A DNA stretch of 64,000 nt from a virus. Below the pieces are notes generated by a model. The model was not told the origin of the DNA and searched no databases. It saw only the letters and a program-made list of their open reading frames with translations. The DNA lies in IMG/VR virus record IMGVR_UViG_3300036766_001793, positions 1 to 64,000 of that record. One strand, 5' to 3'. How positions within the stretch are numbered: position 1 is the stretch's first letter; the number at the start of each line of letters is the position of its first letter. Shown piece after piece: positions 1 through 8,770 of this stretch. The position numbers were made by a program, and so were the translations under genes.

Positions 1-95
1 GGGCTGGCCCGCCCCCGGGCGGGGGGCCCCCCCCCCCACGACGGTGAGGAGCCAGAGCAGCAACTCTAGTGGCGACGGGCTCTCGATGCGTGATT

Positions 96-479
96 TCATC
101 CTTTTTCACCTTCCAGAAGTTTCAGCTTCGCGGCGAGCGCTCTCTCGAGCGCGGAGGGGGCCGGTGTGCACGGCCACTGCCCGGCGAAGTTCTGGTCGCG
201 GAACCGGCGGTACTCGTCAGCCACGTCGATCAGTAGCACGGCGACCTCGGGATCGAAGAGGGCGATGTGACGGACGTCCCTGTTCGGCCTTCCGTCGCCA
301 CTCCTGAATGCCCAAAAGAGCATCACGTGGCCTTCCTGGTCCGTCACTGACGCCGGGAAGAGCTGCCGTTGCTCGCCTGCCGCCGGCTGTGAGGCCTCCT
401 GGTCGTTGGCGGCCCACGGACCCTGAGTCGCCCCCATGGCGACGCGGCGAGCGGCAGCGAGGGCGCTCGGACCGCTCAT
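96..479 (-). CDS. Ead/Ea22-like phage protein
   Basis: ATQGPW...DVRHIALFDPEVAVLLID resembles the Ea22/Ead pattern ATPGPW...FIAAANPATVLALLD; ATG at 479 overlaps the upstream stop. Confidence 0.55.
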   Translation of the reverse strand: MSGPSALAAARRVAMGATQGPWAANDQEASQPAAGEQRQLFPASVTDQEGHVMLFWAFRSGDGRPNRDVRHIALFDPEVAVLLIDVADEYRRFRDQNFAGQWPCTPAPSALERALAAKLKLLEGEKG

Positions 480-724
480 ACAGGGTCCTCCCCGAGCTGG
501 AGGCGCCTCAGCCGCTCCGGGCCGATGCCCCCATGGTAGCACACCTGCCGGTCGAGCTCCCGGCCCAGGCAGTCCACGTCCGCTTCGACCGCCTGGCCGT
601 TGCAGGCCGCGCCCGCGGGGGAGCGGGCCAGCCAGACGTGGCAGCACGGCGTGGAGGACCTGGAGGCTAGCAGGCCCTCGCGGAGGACCGCCTCCAGGCG
701 CGGGGCCCAATGGTAGAGCCTCAC
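476..724 (-). CDS. small ART-fold (Tpt1/KptA-like) protein
   Basis: RLYH...VLREGL...HVWLA...GIGPERL matches the LYH/EGL/VxL/IPPE pattern of KptA-like ADP-ribosyltransferase folds; GTGA-coupled start. Confidence 0.45.
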   Translation of the reverse strand: MRLYHWAPRLEAVLREGLLASRSSTPCCHVWLARSPAGAACNGQAVEADVDCLGRELDRQVCYHGGIGPERLRRLQLGEDPV

Positions 725-1014
725 GGGGCCGCCATCCCGCGCTGGCGGAGACAGTCCTTGTCGGTGCGGGTGCCACTCGGAGACATGACGACGCCCCATC
801 CGTGACCAGTGTCCCAGTAGACGCCGACGTCCCCGAAGTAGGGCGGCCCGGCGGACGGGTACTCCCGACCGTTGTGGTCGATGACGAAATAGCACTCGCT
901 TGGCTGATAGTGATGGTCGGACCAGTTTGTTACGGCATGGACAACGGCATAGCCGGCCAACACTACCGCGACGAGCCAGAGGAGAAACAAGACGAGGTTG
1001 CCCACCGCCTTCAT
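721..1014 (-). CDS. membrane-anchored hypothetical protein
   Basis: N-terminal hydrophobic helix LVLFLLWLVAVVLAGYAVV; ATGA coupling. Confidence 0.6.
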   Translation of the reverse strand: MKAVGNLVLFLLWLVAVVLAGYAVVHAVTNWSDHHYQPSECYFVIDHNGREYPSAGPPYFGDVGVYWDTGHGWGVVMSPSGTRTDKDCLRQRGMAAP

Positions 1015-1277
1015 GACGTTTCCTCCGCGCGGTACTCCAGCGCTTCCTTGGCGAGAGCGATGCAACACGCCCTGTCGTCGCCGTTAAAGGAGCCTCCCAA
1101 CGTATTGAGCACCATCCGCAGCCCCTCCCGCAGATGCTCGCGCTGCCACACGAGGCCCCGCACCGTGTCCTCCACGGTGAGGTACGGGCACCCCGCGTGC
1201 GGCCACGCCCTCTCCGGGTGGCGCTCGCATCGTATATCGTCGTGATTCATGTCCACTGTGATGCTGGCGTAGTTCAT
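1011..1277 (-). CDS. hypothetical protein
   Basis: MNYASITVDM..., RBS GGAGGGAG, coupled to both neighbours. Confidence 0.55.
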   Translation of the reverse strand: MNYASITVDMNHDDIRCERHPERAWPHAGCPYLTVEDTVRGLVWQREHLREGLRMVLNTLGGSFNGDDRACCIALAKEALEYRAEETS

Positions 1278-1642
1278 CCCGTCTCTCCCTCCGATGTCCC
1301 CTCGAGCTGGCCCTCCGCCAGCGCGCAGAAGGCCTCGCACAGAGCGCGGGCCACTCTCTTCGCCAGCACCGCGCGCCTGATGACCCTCGGCCCGTCGACG
1401 ATGACCCTGGCGGTGTTCAGGTCGAACCAGGTCCCGCGCCCGGCCATCCACTCCGCCGGGCCGCGCGGGGCGAAGCAGGCGTCGAGCGAGGTCGAGAAGG
1501 GCTCGGGCTCGAGGCTCGGCCCCGCGACGTCCGGGTGCCTCCATAAGAGGCGCCCACGGGCATTTGAGCCGGGGGCCCAGCCGCAGATCCTGGCCACGCG
1601 CTCGTCGAGCTCGGCGTCGGCGAGCTCGCTGAAGTCGGTCAC
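1274..1642 (-). CDS. phage ABA-sandwich-like protein
   Basis: ELDERVARICGW...FSTSLDA...ARALCEAFCAL pattern. Confidence 0.5.
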   Translation of the reverse strand: MTDFSELADAELDERVARICGWAPGSNARGRLLWRHPDVAGPSLEPEPFSTSLDACFAPRGPAEWMAGRGTWFDLNTARVIVDGPRVIRRAVLAKRVARALCEAFCALAEGQLEGTSEGETG

Positions 1643-1758
1643 CACTGCACCCTGAGCCCGAAGCAGGGCAGCGGGAAGACGTAGACCGTCCTGGCGTCCC
1701 TCTGGACGAACACCCCGACCCACAGGTCGTACCAGCGAAAAATCGGGGTGACGGTCAC
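1639..1758 (-). CDS. 39-aa hydrophobic phage protein (not in ORF track)
   Basis: VTVTPIFRWYDLWVGVFVQRDARTVYVFPLPCFGLRVQW; GTGA overlaps at both ends. Confidence 0.55.
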   Translation of the reverse strand: MTVTPIFRWYDLWVGVFVQRDARTVYVFPLPCFGLRVQW

Positions 1759-1952
1759 GGCCTGGCCCACTTTTGTTCACAGTTGCACACGCCCTCATGT
1801 GCGCCGCCGAGACAGCCATACCCAGCTAGGTGCCCACCGTGGTCGCCCTGCGCACAGGCGTCGCAGAAGTCGCTTTGGCGACGTCGCACAAACCTCTCGT
1901 GGGCCCTGTCCTCACGATAGGACGGCGAGAAGACGAACTTCAGAAAGCTCAC
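1755..1952 (-). CDS. small Cys-rich hypothetical protein
   Basis: CDAC...C...CNC; coupled ORF. Confidence 0.5.
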   Translation of the reverse strand: MSFLKFVFSPSYREDRAHERFVRRRQSDFCDACAQGDHGGHLAGYGCLGGAHEGVCNCEQKWARP

Positions 1953-2146
1953 GGCTTGGCCCCCAGCGACGCCGCGAGGCTCTCGAGCGACGCCGAGATC
2001 CTGAGCATGCGCTCGGCGTTACACGGCTGGCACCACCACCGGCTCCACCGAGTGCCAGCGGGCCGGCCGCAGCCCTCGACGCACAGCCGCCCGGTGCGGT
2101 GCGCCGGGCCGTTGCCCTCGTGGTCCGGGTCTGAGGCGGGGCTCAT
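1949..2146 (-). CDS. small zinc-finger protein
   Basis: CVEGC...WCQPC. Confidence 0.5.
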   Translation of the reverse strand: MSPASDPDHEGNGPAHRTGRLCVEGCGRPAGTRWSRWWCQPCNAERMLRISASLESLAASLGAKP

Positions 2147-3033
2147 GGCTGGGCCTCCAGCGCGTTGTGCGCCTGGCACGCTTGGCACGCGCAACCGTAC
2201 GTCTCCAGGAACCGCGGGTCAGGGCCGTCGTGGCGCCACCCCGTCCCGGCGCACGCGCCGCACCCCCCGTAGGGGAGCGCCCCGTCGCCGCAGTCGCAGC
2301 TCCACTTGTACCCGCCGCCCGCCGCGCGCACCGCCTCCCTGGACCTGGACCGGCCGAGCAGGGCCCGCGCCGCGGCGAGCTCGCGGCGCAGCCCGGCGAC
2401 CGTCTCCTCGAAGCCGCGGTCCTCGGGGCAGGCCGCCGCCTCGCGCTCCTCCCAGCGGGCGAGCCCGGCCCGGGCGTCGGCGAGCTCGGCCCTGGCCCCG
2501 CGCCACATGGCCGCCAGCCTGCTCGGCCTGCCCCACGGGGAGGCCGCCACGGCCTCCTCCCAGCCATCTGGGGACGGGGTCGCGCCACCCGGCAGCCAGA
2601 ACAATGTCCCGTGGCACGAGCGGCAGACGAAGTAGGCGTTCTCCGTGCCCAGGATCCCGTCCTCCGAGCCGCAGCGGGGGCAGGACGGCGGCCCGCCGGT
2701 CTGGGCGATCTGGCACAGGTGCGAGCGGTACGCGTCGCGCTGCCGGCGGTCCCGCAGCGCGGCGTCCTCGGCCGCCTGCCCAGGCCCGTCGCGGGGCCCG
2801 GCGCCTGGGGGGACGGCCGCGGCCGTGTCCCGCGGCGGCCACCCGCGGTCCGAGGCCGGCGCGAACTCCCGGCAGGGCCCGTGTGTCTGGCACGCCCCCT
2901 CCCCCGCCGGCCCGCGGTGGAGCAGGCGCGGGCACCCGCACTCGCAGGGCCCGGCCCAGGAGACCCGCCCCGCCCCGGCGCCGCCGGGCGCGCCGCGGCG
3001 AAGCTCCCGGCCGTCGCGCTCCTCGGGCGTCAT
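2143..3033 (-). CDS. multi-zinc-finger hypothetical protein
   Basis: CECGC, CPRC...CRSC, CDC...CGAC and CACQAC motifs plus a coiled coil; RBS within the 16-bp repeat. Confidence 0.5.
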   Translation of the reverse strand: MTPEERDGRELRRGAPGGAGAGRVSWAGPCECGCPRLLHRGPAGEGACQTHGPCREFAPASDRGWPPRDTAAAVPPGAGPRDGPGQAAEDAALRDRRQRDAYRSHLCQIAQTGGPPSCPRCGSEDGILGTENAYFVCRSCHGTLFWLPGGATPSPDGWEEAVAASPWGRPSRLAAMWRGARAELADARAGLARWEEREAAACPEDRGFEETVAGLRRELAAARALLGRSRSREAVRAAGGGYKWSCDCGDGALPYGGCGACAGTGWRHDGPDPRFLETYGCACQACQAHNALEAQP

Positions 3034-3266
3034 CCCGTCCCTCCGCGATCGAAATCTGCCGGGGCCCGCCGGACGACAGCCCCCCGGTAGGCGATGGCCG
3101 CCGCGACCAGGGCCGCGCCGGTCGCCCAGAAGAAGGCCGCGACGACGAGGCCCCTCCAGTCGAGCGAGCGGGCCTGCCAGGAGAGGACGGCGGCCGCGGC
3201 CGCCACCCACGCCGTGCCGGCCCCCGCCCCTAGCAGCATCATGAAGGTCTCCTGGCTCTCAGTCAC
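3030..3266 (-). CDS. two-TM membrane protein
   Basis: two hydrophobic segments. Confidence 0.55.
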   Translation of the reverse strand: MTESQETFMMLLGAGAGTAWVAAAAAVLSWQARSLDWRGLVVAAFFWATGAALVAAAIAYRGAVVRRAPADFDRGGTG

Positions 3267-3288
3267 GCCCGTCCTCCGCGATCGAAAT
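3040..3288 (-). repeat. 16-bp direct repeat ATTTCGATCGCGGAGG before two consecutive starts
   Basis: exact copies at 3040-3055 and 3273-3288, each containing the GGAGG RBS. Confidence 0.8.
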
Positions 3289-3539
3289 TATGGCCTGGGC
3301 CCGTCACCCGGCGCCGGCGGCAGCCCTCGGCGCGCCCTGCCCGCCGTCCGTCCGCGCCGGCCACTCCGCGATTCAGTGCGCCCATCATACCGCGGCGGCG
3401 GCCCCGGGGGAGGGCCCGGTCTCTCTGCGTGGGCGCCCTGGGCACTTGAGGGCCAGCCGGGGCCCCCTCGGATACATGTTGGGTGCCGGGGGCCCCCCTC
3501 CCACGCAGGATCCATGCGCGGGGTCCCGCATGGCCGGGA

Positions 3540-3570
3540 GGGCGCATGCGGGGCTGCCCCGCATGCGCCC
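3540..3570. terminator. perfect 14-bp hairpin
   Basis: GGGCGCATGCGGGG-CTG-CCCCGCATGCGCCC just downstream of the 3584 stop; no U-tract. Confidence 0.5.
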
Positions 3571-3583
3571 CCCACGCGGCGGG

Positions 3584-4078
3584 CTACAGCACGGCGACGA
3601 TGCGGTTGACGAGCCTGCGGAGCGGCCCCGGCCGGCGGGCGCCCACCAGGCCCCGGCGGGCCGCCTCCGACAGGGGAGGGCCCTTGGGCAGCCGGACGGA
3701 GCGCTCCCTGGCGCCGACCTCCGGCCGGGCCCTGCGGGCCACCTCCCGGAGGCTGGCGAAGTAGGCCGCCCCGACGCGGAGCTCCGACCGGCTCATGGTG
3801 CCGGCGAGGCGCAGGGCCTCGACCGGCTCGGCCCGGGCCGCCAGGCCGAGGAAGTCCTCGGGCGGGCGCCTCGCGTCCGCGTACCTGAGGAGGAGCTTCC
3901 CGGCCCTCAGGTACTGGGCCCTGGTGCCGGCCGACCGGCCGGCGGCCGCCAGGTCGGCGGCGTAGGAGATGGCGCCGAGCGCCGCCTCGCGGGCCGGCGC
4001 CGGCGCCGGGGCGCCCGCCACGTCGGCGACCGTCCCGGTCAGCGCCCGGGCCTGGCTCTGGTTCTGGTTCTGGTTCAT
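3584..4078 (-). CDS. protein with tyrosine-integrase N-terminal (SAM-like) helix pattern, no catalytic domain
   Basis: YAADLAAAGRSAGTRAQYLRAGKLLLRY resembles GxSxxTxxxY core-binding helices; no R-H-x-x-R/Y tetrad. Confidence 0.35.
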   Translation of the reverse strand: MNQNQNQSQARALTGTVADVAGAPAPAPAREAALGAISYAADLAAAGRSAGTRAQYLRAGKLLLRYADARRPPEDFLGLAARAEPVEALRLAGTMSRSELRVGAAYFASLREVARRARPEVGARERSVRLPKGPPLSEAARRGLVGARRPGPLRRLVNRIVAVL

Positions 4079-4116
4079 CCCTGGCTCCCTCTGGTTCCTC
4101 CACCCTCCGCGACATG

Positions 4117-4911
4117 CTACCGGGGCCTGGGGTACGCCGGCTCCAGCGTCGGCCTGAACGACACCGACCTCAGCACGGCGTCGCCCATGTGCGGGTAGGC
4201 GCCCCACAGGAGCCTCTGGAGGCCCGCGAAGCCGCCCGGCGCCCGGCAGCACAGGTCCAGCTCCTCCCTGACCCTCTCCGGGCTCACGGCCTCGGTGCGC
4301 GGGTCCCCGGGGCGGAGGCGGTCGACCCTCCTGAGGGCCCGGGCCAGCTCGTGGTCCGGGGAGAGGCCCCTTGTGATCTGGAACCTCAGAGCCCTGAGCG
4401 CCCGCAGCGGGTCCTCCGCGATCCTGGCGTCGGCCGACCCGACCGCCCTGAGGACCCGCGCCCGCAGGTCCGCCCTGCCGCCGTGCGGGTCGTAGACCGG
4501 GTCCTCGGGGTCGTCCCAGCCGCCGCGGACGGTGGCCCGCAGCATCTCCAGCGGGTCGCGGGTGGCAAGCAGGGTGGTCGGCTCCACCAGGACGGCGATC
4601 GCGTTGCAGGTGAAGTCGCGCCTGGCCAGGTCGTCGGTGATCGTCCCGGGCCGCACCTCGTCGGGCCTGCGCCCGTCGCTGTACGCGCCGTCCGCCCGCG
4701 CCAGGACGAAGTCCGCCGCGGCCAAGCCCAGCCGGGCCCGCACGGTCAGGTACTCCTCCCGCTCCAGGAAGACCTCGCCACCGAGGCCCAGGATCGCGCC
4801 GCGCATCTCCGCGAACGAGCCCGCCTCCACGGTGAAGTCCAGGTCCTTGGACCGGACCCCGAGATACGCGTCGCGGACCGCGCCGCCGACCAGCCAGAAT
4901 CTCGTGTCCAT
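4117..4911 (-). CDS. class II tRNA nucleotidyltransferase (CCA-adding)/poly(A) polymerase family
   Basis: LVGGAVRD...KDLDF, DDLARRDFTCNAIA, EDPLRALRALRF, VSPERVREEL. Confidence 0.92.
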   Translation of the reverse strand: MDTRFWLVGGAVRDAYLGVRSKDLDFTVEAGSFAEMRGAILGLGGEVFLEREEYLTVRARLGLAAADFVLARADGAYSDGRRPDEVRPGTITDDLARRDFTCNAIAVLVEPTTLLATRDPLEMLRATVRGGWDDPEDPVYDPHGGRADLRARVLRAVGSADARIAEDPLRALRALRFQITRGLSPDHELARALRRVDRLRPGDPRTEAVSPERVREELDLCCRAPGGFAGLQRLLWGAYPHMGDAVLRSVSFRPTLEPAYPRPR

Positions 4912-4917
4912 GCCTCT

Positions 4918-4946
4918 ATTGTACCGCGATTCAGTACCGACGTCAA
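4918..4946 (-). promoter_or_regulatory. sigma70-type promoter, probably leaderless
   Basis: TTGACG-17 bp-TACAAT, then 6 nt to ATG at 4911. Confidence 0.8.
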
Positions 4947-4974
4947 GCATGTGGGAGGCCGGGGCCCCCGCGAC

Positions 4975-5457
4975 TTACCTGCCGTCGCGCGCCCGGTCCG
5001 CCCTGGTCTTCGCCAGGTGACACGGCCGGCAGAGGGTGCGCAGGTTCGCCTGGTGGTGGGAGCAGCTGACGGCGCCGTGGGCGCCGAAGGCCCGGGCGAC
5101 GTGGTCCACCTCGTGCGCCTGCCAGCGGAACCGAGGGCCGAGGGCGCCTAGGCGGGCCGCATTAAGCTCCTTCTCGCCGGCACCGCACCCCAGGCAGCGG
5201 TACCCGTCGCGGGCCCTGGCGGCCCTCCTGGCCTCGGTCCACCTGTGGTTGCGCAACCAGTCGAGGCGGCACGCCGGCGAGCACCACCTGGTCCGCCTGC
5301 CGGCCAGGGTGCGCCCGCACCAGACGCAGGTCCCGGGCCCGGCGTGACGGGACAGCGGGCAGCGTTCCGGCCCGGCCGCGGAGGCCGGCCTCGGCCCTCC
5401 CCCGGCTACCCGAGTTCCCCGTTGTCGTGGACGACGTCCCGGTCGCTGGCGGCGCAC
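4975..5457 (-). CDS. HNH endonuclease (start uncertain)
   Basis: CVWC...CSPAC; RDGYRCLGCG...EVDH...NLRTLCRPCH. Confidence 0.85.
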   Translation of the reverse strand: MRRQRPGRRPRQRGTRVAGGGPRPASAAGPERCPLSRHAGPGTCVWCGRTLAGRRTRWCSPACRLDWLRNHRWTEARRAARARDGYRCLGCGAGEKELNAARLGALGPRFRWQAHEVDHVARAFGAHGAVSCSHHQANLRTLCRPCHLAKTRADRARDGR

Positions 5458-5898
5458 TCGAGGCAGAGCCTCCCGTACCGCGAGCAGTCGTCGGCGAAGC
5501 AGACGTCCCTGAGGGCTCGGCGCTTGGAGCAGCCGTCGCAGGGCTCGGTCGTTCTCCTCCGCTCTGGACCGCTCTGGCCCGGCAGGCCGAAGACGGCAGG
5601 CCAGAGGCGGCTGGCCGCGCGCGTCATTCGTCGGCTCACGGGTTCGCCATCACGTGGTGGGCTATGGAGTCGACGGCCCCGGCGTGCTCGGGGCCCGCCT
5701 TGGCGTACCACCAGGACTCCCCGCACGTGCAGACGCTGCGGACGTGGGTGCCGGTGTCGCGGACGTGGTGGATCTGGTGCTTGTGCGCCATCGCTAGCCT
5801 GCTCGCTCGCCGCGGAACTCGCGGGTGGCCGGGAACATGCAGTTCATGCAATCACACCGGCACCGGCTGGAGCGCCCTCGCCCTTCATGGCAACACAT
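5406..5898 (-). CDS. three small Cys/His-rich ORFs (5406-5639, 5636-5791, 5794-5898)
   Basis: adjacent ORFs directly downstream of the cassette promoter at 5928. Confidence 0.45.
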
Positions 5899-5995
5899 GG
5901 GTTCACCTCGTACGTCTTGATGATCCCATTGTACCATTCCTCGACCTCCCCGCCGGCGGGGGAGCGGCATGGACGAGGTTACGATCTGGGCCGCA

Positions 5996-6451
5996 TCATG
6001 CCGGGCGGGAGAGCCGGTAGCTGGGGCCGGGCCTGCGCCCGGTCGCCGGCGGGAGCCCCCGGAGCAGGCCCTCGACGAACCTCCACTCGGATGCCGCCGG
6101 GCAGTCGCCGGACCGGCAGACCCCTCCGGGCCGCGCCCCGCCGCAGTCGACGCAGCGCCTGAGCTCCTCCCGCCCGACCCTGCGGCCGGCGGCCAGCTCG
6201 AGGACGCCGTGCACCACCCTGTCCATCTCCGCCCGCCCGTGGGCCCGTATGAACTCGTCCACGTTCTTCCGCCATCTCCGCGCTTGGTCCGCTCCGGCCC
6301 CCGAGGCCTCGGCGAGCGGGCCGCCCTCGTAGAACTTCCCGCCCCTCGGGCCCGTCTGGACGGCCGCGCCGCGCGGAGGACGCTCGCCCGGCCGGAGGTA
6401 CTCCCTGCCGACCGAACCGGAGAGGTCCAGCGCCAGCTCGAGCCTGCGCAT
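5996..6451 (-). CDS. GPRGG-module protein with C-terminal CxxC
   Basis: MRRLELALDLSG...YLRPGERPPRGAAVQTGPRGGKFY; RBS GAAGGAG. Confidence 0.65.
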   Translation of the reverse strand: MRRLELALDLSGSVGREYLRPGERPPRGAAVQTGPRGGKFYEGGPLAEASGAGADQARRWRKNVDEFIRAHGRAEMDRVVHGVLELAAGRRVGREELRRCVDCGGARPGGVCRSGDCPAASEWRFVEGLLRGLPPATGRRPGPSYRLSRPA

Positions 6452-6516
6452 GGCTCCTTCTCTGCGGCCCGCCCTCGAAGACGGGCCGACGCTGCGGCCG
6501 GGCGCCCCACCCACCG

Positions 6517-7206
6517 TCAGGCCCCGTCGCCGGCCAGGCCCGGGACCACGACGGCGCCGTCGGGCCTCTTCTCTACGGCCCCGAGCGCGTCGCCGCCCTC
6601 CTCGAACACCAGGCGGACGAGGTCCTCCTCGGAGATCCAGGCCTCGCCCCTCGCCCCCCACCCGGGGCCCCAGGAGTTCCGCATCCTGTACCCGAGCCCC
6701 GGGCAGAACCCGCGGACGAGCCACTCGTGCCCGCCGACCACGGCGCCCTCGGGGCGGAGCCGGCGGTCCGGGCCGGGGTCGAACATCCGCTCGTACCAGT
6801 TGGTCCCGACCATCACCGGGCCGGTCGTCAGGACCCACGCGCGCAGCTCGGCCGGCGTCTGGGCCCAGAGGTAGCGCTCGATCCGCCCCTGGGCGACCAG
6901 CACCTTGGCCAGCGCCCGGTCGTGCGTCCCCTCGGTGCCCGGCGCCAGCCCGTCGACCTTCTTGCACTCGGCGTACAGGTCGAGCCCGGTCTGGTCCGAC
7001 ACCCGGTCCATTATGGGGAGCGCGCCCATCCAGTTGGCGCCGGCGAACCCGACGCACGCCCCCAGGGCCCCCTGGTCGAGCCTGGCGGCCTGGGAGCGCC
7101 ACATGCGGCGCCTGGGCAGGGCGATAGTGGCGGAGGCGAGATGCAGCGCCATGGGGAAAGCCTGATCGCGGTGGTCCGGCACGTGGACCCGTCCGAAGGA
7201 TGGCAT
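6517..7206 (-). CDS. papain-like (C1) cysteine peptidase
   Basis: DQGALGACVGFA (catalytic Cys), GGHEW (His), RNSWGPGWG (Asn). Confidence 0.9.
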   Translation of the reverse strand: MPSFGRVHVPDHRDQAFPMALHLASATIALPRRRMWRSQAARLDQGALGACVGFAGANWMGALPIMDRVSDQTGLDLYAECKKVDGLAPGTEGTHDRALAKVLVAQGRIERYLWAQTPAELRAWVLTTGPVMVGTNWYERMFDPGPDRRLRPEGAVVGGHEWLVRGFCPGLGYRMRNSWGPGWGARGEAWISEEDLVRLVFEEGGDALGAVEKRPDGAVVVPGLAGDGA

Positions 7207-7258
7207 TTGGGCGTCCCTCCGTCGATAACCATACCACCCAGGCTGGGCCGGAGGGGAC

Positions 7259-8473
7259 CTAGCGCAACGGGCCCATAAAGTCCTTTGATCTGAGGCCTCG
7301 GCGCAGTTCCATGATGTTCAGCCCGAAGTTATGGGCGGCCTCGACGCCCAGGGTGCCGAGCAGCGAGCGTTTGATCTTGGGCAAGCGCCCGAAGACGGTC
7401 TCGAGGTCCGCCGACCATTTGGTCCTGATCGCCTCGCGGTCCCACTCCTCGATCTCTGAGAAGTTCGCCGGCGCGTAAGCGAGCATCCTCTCGCTTGGGT
7501 CTTGCCGGGCGACCACGCCGAAAGAGTTGTCGATCGCCCAGACCTTGTCGTTGTCGTCGTCCACGACGAAGTTTCCGGCGTGCCTGTCGCCGTTCCCGGT
7601 GAGCATGTCCAGAAGGAAGATCCTCATGATGGAGTCCTTTTGTCCCGGGGTCAGCTTCGACAGGCTCTCGGCCCAGCCTAGCTGGCGGGCGGGCCCGCCG
7701 AACCCGGAGTCGTCCACCCACCTCATCGCGAAGGAGGAGTGCCCCGGAGCGACCTGCTCGCCCTCTTCCCGGGCCACCTCGTACACATCCGGCACCTGGT
7801 CCCACTCCAGGATGCGGTCCAGCTCTGCCCTGAAGAGCTCTGCTTTGGCCCAGGGGTTGGCCTGGCGGGTTTTGATGATCAGGCGCGTGTCGGAGAGGCC
7901 GCGGCGCGGCTCGAGGGACCCAGGCTCGACCTCCGCCACCGAGCAGATTTCGCTGTTTATCCCGCCTCGAACACCCATGTCCTCCAGAGACTTCCGGCTC
8001 GTCACCATCCCTTGGTCGAGCGTCCCGCCGGAGGTCAGCCCACCTCGAGTGCCGCCTGCACCGGGCCCGTGCTCAGTCTCCGGGCCGCCCCCTCCATCCC
8101 GTGCCTCTCCGCCAGGAGCCTCGCCGTCCCCTCCGGCCCCGGGCTCCCGCTGTACCTCCCGTCCTCGAACAGGTGGCCGGTCTCCAGGTACCTCCCGTCC
8201 TTCAGCTCGTAGATCCGTATCGCCTTCACCAGGCTCCCCTCCTTCCTGCTCTCTTGCGGCCCGCCTGGCCCTCCTGCGCTGGGCCTCCCAGCCCCCGTGC
8301 CCCGCGCCGGCCCGCCAGAGGAAGAACTGGCCCCCCCTCGGGCCCCACTGGACCCGCTCGCCGTGGGGTGGGGCCTCGCCGGTCTTGAGGTACACCCGGT
8401 CGCCTGGCCGGTATCCGGCCTCCAGCTGGGATGTCAGGGAGATCACGCCGTCGAGGGCGCGCAGCGCATCCAT
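7259..8473 (-). CDS. GPRGG-module protein with C-terminal PI3/4-kinase/HipA-like kinase domain
   Basis: N-terminal YLKTGEAPPHGERVQWGPRGG; C-terminal LIIK...E...LLDMLTGNGDRHAGNF...WAIDNS; leaderless TACGAT at 8481-8486. Confidence 0.75.
   Translation of the reverse strand: MDALRALDGVISLTSQLEAGYRPGDRVYLKTGEAPPHGERVQWGPRGGQFFLWRAGAGHGGWEAQRRRARRAAREQEGGEPGEGDTDLRAEGREVPGDRPPVRGREVQREPGAGGDGEAPGGEARDGGGGPETEHGPGAGGTRGGLTSGGTLDQGMVTSRKSLEDMGVRGGINSEICSVAEVEPGSLEPRRGLSDTRLIIKTRQANPWAKAELFRAELDRILEWDQVPDVYEVAREEGEQVAPGHSSFAMRWVDDSGFGGPARQLGWAESLSKLTPGQKDSIMRIFLLDMLTGNGDRHAGNFVVDDDNDKVWAIDNSFGVVARQDPSERMLAYAPANFSEIEEWDREAIRTKWSADLETVFGRLPKIKRSLLGTLGVEAAHNFGLNIMELRRGLRSKDFMGPLR
8035..8229 (-). CDS. 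nested small ORF in alternative frame
   Basis: MKAIRIYELKDGRYLETGHLFEDGRY..., AAGGAGG RBS before the GTG, protein-like composition. Confidence 0.5.
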   Translation of the reverse strand: MKAIRIYELKDGRYLETGHLFEDGRYSGSPGPEGTARLLAERHGMEGAARRLSTGPVQAALEVG

Positions 8474-8517
8474 CCCTGGCATCGTACCCAGCGGTTGCCA
8501 GACCCAGGGACCTGTGG

Positions 8518-8770
8518 CTAGGCCGCCCGCCGCCCGGCGCAGACCGGGCCGATGCCGGCCTCGATGCTCTCGAGCGTGGTAAGCTGGCGCCCGCACACCC
8601 AGCAGTTCCCGCTCTCCATCGCGTAGAGCCTGCCGTAGCGCTCGAGGACCGCGTCGTCGAAGGTGAGGACGGTGGCGACCGCGGGCGGGTCCACCTGAAC
8701 CCGGCGTCGCGGATGAGCCCGATGCACACGTAGCTCTCGGGGCCGGTGAGGAGGGCTGAGTCAGGCCCGC
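8518..8770 (-). pseudogene. DUF6011-like zinc-finger gene, apparently truncated or frameshifted
   Basis: CWVCGRQLTTLESIEAGIGPVC; upstream part (YVCIGLIRDAGFRWT) is in another frame with no good start. Confidence 0.5.

Noticed and set aside
27-37. C11 homopolymer as a phase-variation tract
   Set aside because: It lies at the window edge in a truncated ORF and cannot be told apart from an assembly artefact
4056-4075. (GAACCA)n microsatellite
   Set aside because: Three to four units encoding NQNQNQ; too short to imply a function
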